Shown piece by piece: positions 61,013-64,000 of a stretch of DNA of 64,000 nucleotides. The stretch's first letter is position 1. Each line of letters starts with the position of its first letter. Under the pieces are notes generated by a model. It was not told where the DNA came from, did not search any database, and was given only the letters and a program-made list of their open reading frames with translations. The translations under genes and the position numbers were made by a program. Source of the stretch: Antedon mediterranea (lineage: Eukaryota > Animalia > Echinodermata); contig NC_092672.1 of assembly GCF_964355755.1 (NCBI RefSeq), forward strand, positions 24,875,237 to 24,939,236, given 5' to 3'.

Positions 61013-64000
61013 ATTTTATTTTAAGTTATGTAAAAGGGAATTTTTGTTTATTGAAAAAAACATTTGTGTTGAGAGTGGTAAATGATTACTTTAAAAGGTA
61101 ATCATGTGTTCCATAGTTTTTGTATTGTATGAAAAATCTTAGTGAAATAATGAAAAATTAAGTACAGTTTAGGCCTATTGATGTTATTGATAAGATTTCT
61201 TAAATCCGTTGCCATACACATTTGTTGTTTGTTTGTAAAAATAGATAAGTTGATCATAATATGTAAAAAACAGTTAACTGGAAGAATAATACTGTTTTAT
61301 TCATAATTTAGATCAAGAATAGGCACTTTACTAAGCATGTTTTAACGCATAACATGGTTGGTGATTTCTATCAATAATTCTTAAACATTTATGCATTATG
61401 TAAAAACTTGCCGCATCCAGATATACATTCCAGGTAAAAGACAATCTCATTCATAATGTAATACTGTAGTAAAAGTCTTAATTCACAACCTTATCTTGGC
61501 AGTTTTATGTGTTGGCGTTGAATTGTAACTAGTCTATTGATGACATTTATATATAATATAAGCATTTGAATAAAGAGTTTTATTATTGCAAAAACATGTT
61601 TCATTAGCTTATTATGGGTATTAAAGTAACTTGAAAGTTCAGTGGAGCCATGGAGTATCAAAATAACCGGAATTTAAGGCTACTGGAATGTTTATAACTA
61701 AATTTTAAAAACATCACAGAGGGGTTGTGTGTTGGAAGTGACCATTAGATATCAAAATGACTGGAATTTGTACTTGGAAGGTTTTAAACTACTGTTGTAG
61801 GAAAGATACCCGCACTATGGTGGGTATTTCTTCTATTACATAGTACTGGCAAATGCATATTAGCCAGCTGGGTATTCAGCAATCACACATGCATGTTTAC
61901 GGCAACAAATATATCTGGCTCGTTCGTTTACATACATTATGTAACTGACAACTGGGATAGGGGCTTCCAAACGACTTAATTCATTTTAACCATAATAATG
62001 ATTTACAAATTACATTAAAAGGAGTGGATGCGTTACAAATGATTTCCAGTATGACTCGCCTTCCCATCCCATGATGTCTTGCAACCTGTAAAGGCACGAA
62101 AGGTGATTTGATTTTTCAGCTACTTTGTTGTTCACTATATCAGATATCGTCTTTAGTATGTTTTTGCTATACGAGTTAAAAAGTGCACATCATTACACAT
62201 CAACTGTCATGTATAAGCACATAAGCTTCTTCGTGATTGCCATTAGCAGATCATTTGTCCTTGTTTAACTTGCATCTTGAAAATCTACTCACTGTTACCA
62301 ACTCGTATCATTCTTGTATTGTTCTCTCTGTATTCATTATATAGGTAACTAAAATGCCTGACAGCAATGTTTACTGAATCCTTAAACTGGTAGTGAATGA
62401 CTATCATGTTTTTAAGTTTTCAGCTTCTGGAACATCTGTGAGTATGTCAACGCCATCCATTAAGATATGTATGAAGTCAGATTTGGCTGAAGAAATTGAA
62501 ATTGATCTATGATCATGCTCTACTTTATGATATTCACCAACTTCAATGTTGTTGATGCTTTCTCAGTGGCTTATAAAATTCTACTTTTTTTCTCTTTAGT
62601 TGTTACTTTAAATGTGAGCTCTTCCTCATAATCCGTCAGGTCGAAAAGATATTGTGTATTATGTTTATGTACCATGTCATGCAGAACCTATCACTGAATG
62701 AATTGTTTCTTGTTGTACCATATAATTCTATTTTGAATCATAAATGATCCACTCAGTTTTTAAAATATTTGGTGCTGATTGCTTATGGAGTTTGATCTTT
62801 TATCACCGACGAGCATAAATAGTATAGTCATAAAAGCAAAAACCAAGATAGCATAGATGCAAGTCTCAAGATGGAGAACCCTTCTAACTTTGATAAAGTC
62901 CGATTAATTAGGGTGTTCAAAAACAGAGAATCGATTGACCCAGATTTCTCTTTCAAGATTTTTCGAAACAGAAACCTCTCAGCAAAAACTTTTGTTATTG
63001 TATTGTATCATTCAAAGATTGAACAAAACAACTTCTCAATAATTATGTTATAGGGGCCCGGGTCTCTGTTTTTTGACATTTCTCAAAACCAAAAACCCCA
63101 ACACAATTTTTCAACTTTAGGTCGTATAGGGAGTCTCTGTTTTTGAGATTTCTCGAAAACATAAACCCCCAAAAGCAGGCCATATACATGGCTGCAGTCG
63201 CGTGCTCAAGTTAGTGTTTATCGACCCACCAACCGACCGACATAGTGAGCTGCACGCGACTAAAAAATTCTCAATATTACGTTATATATAGGTAGTAATA
63301 GTATTATAGTAAAATATAAATAGGCTATATGGCGTTTCATGTACCTATTTTCCGGACAAAAATCGAAACGCTGACTGGTGGACAACATATAAAAATACAA
63401 ATTACCAACAGACTGGCAAAAGTCTATAAAAGTTTGTGTAATTAACCAATTTTCTATCTAAATTATGTTACAACAGCTTTTTAAGAAAATGACACTTTTG
63501 TATTTAATTTCCTATGTTTTTATGTGTAGAATAAAATGTTTATCTGTATATAATTACTATAATATGAAATGACTAGATGATCTTCAAAAATAGTTTTTTT
63601 TTGTGAATAGATCTGTTGATGTAGATGATTTTCCATGAAAAAACGTAAAAATCCTATATTTTGACCTTGTTTGACCGTTTCACCCTATAAACTGACCTTA
63701 AAACCCAAAACTGAGGATTGCATCCACCCCTATCATTTTTGTCAACCCACAAAGGATCCATCCAACATGGTTGCTGCTATTAACCAAAAAATCTTCCCAA
63801 ATTTTTTTCTAGAGGACTTTTCAGTATTTGGCCTCTCTACTTATTACCATGCTCTATTTTTTTCCTCATTAAAACATCTTTTATTGATGCCTATCCTCTG
63901 ATAAGCCTTCATGCAAACTTCTTTATGACGAGTAATTTCAAATCTTTCGATATTAAAACCAAGATCTTTCTGGTTAACAACTTTTTTACATATTGAAGAG

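Overview
AT-rich, intron-rich eukaryotic DNA. The gene content and repeats suggest a marine invertebrate, possibly an echinoderm (inference). No prokaryotic operons, rRNA, tRNA or CRISPR were found. Three spliced genes can be assembled by hand with consistent exon phases. (1) On the + strand (1151-23401, 5' end probably outside the window) is a kinase-less ROCO protein: ankyrin repeat(s), Roc GTPase, COR, an S/T/P-rich linker built from four duplicated micro-exons, and tandem death-effector domains. (2) On the - strand (48225-37071) is a class I cytokine receptor-like gene: signal peptide, Ig, CHR with CxW and FSDWS, one further FN3, TM, Box1 and a Tyr-containing tail, with a recently duplicated stalk exon. 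(3) On the + strand (about 58130-60287) is a stand-alone G2E3-like HECT E3 ligase preceded by an array of 14-bp palindromes. The rest is TIR elements (Kolobok-, MULE- and TA-flanked types), Helentron-like elements, LINE remnants, a deleted LTR element with a tRNA-His-type PBS, and satellites. Three paralog comparisons show TA converted to TAGGCCTA, which looks like a transposon excision footprint, and a candidate TA-GG...CC-TA element lies in the window.
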